A stretch of 63,844 nucleotides of DNA, filler included, from Octopus bimaculoides (Eukaryota), in assembly GCF_001194135.2 (NCBI RefSeq). It is 5 parts of 5 records of this genome, joined end to end, with 100 filler letters (N's around TTAATTAATTAA, not from the genome) between each part and the next. Parts side by side here need not be neighbours in the genome. Positions count along the whole stretch, not along the records: positions 62,736 to 63,844 come from NW_026300725.1; 4 more parts are not named here. The stretch is one strand, 5' to 3'. The position numbers were made by a program, and so were the translations under genes. The notes under the pieces were generated by a model. That model had not been told where the DNA came from. It saw only the letters and a list, made by a program, of their open reading frames with translations, and did not search any database. Below are positions 63,636 to 63,844 of this stretch, one piece after another; the first letter of the stretch is position 1, and every line of letters starts with the position of its first letter.

Positions 63636-63844
63636 GTTATATATTTACAAATGCGAGCGTAGCAGAAAATAACTCTTTCCCGCTTTGCTGTGTCTGACTT
63701 TTATTTTCGCGGCAATTGTCTCCAGTCCGTTCGCCCCAGGACGCAAACCGACCAACCGTAGCCACTAATAAGGTCACGCCAGTTCGTCGCGACCACAGAT
63801 CCTCACAGATCTGGTCGTTGACCACACGCGTAACACAGCCAGCC

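Overview
AT-rich, microsatellite-dense eukaryotic DNA from a gapped draft assembly, most likely Octopus (inferred from recognisable OK- and OR-type tRNA-derived SINEs). Only one host gene is supported: a minus-strand Toll-like receptor. It has an intact signal peptide, LRRNT and about 9 LRRs (49656-48764, running into a 100-N gap) and a separately spliced terminal TIR exon (47472-47232). Decayed LRR-coding DNA lies between them, and no transmembrane segment is visible. The rest is transposon debris: Penelope-like elements (PLEs), Gypsy, RTE and CR1/L2 LINEs, mariner/Tc1, Merlin, MITEs and many SINEs. Three things stand out. (1) At least six type I hammerhead-ribozyme motifs with palindromic stem III occur, three with an intact catalytic core (15013-15095, 17933-18015, 40368-40449). 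(2) A 201-bp palindromic MITE made of telomeric TTAGGG arrays, with a perfect 8-bp target-site duplication (TSD), is inserted at the first catalytic codon of a dead Merlin transposase. (3) The TLR has a split architecture. Several assembly artefacts are present (Illumina adapter, four TTAATTAATTAA-padded joins). All family assignments come from manual motif recognition; no database search was run, and element boundaries are approximate unless a TIR or TSD is given.
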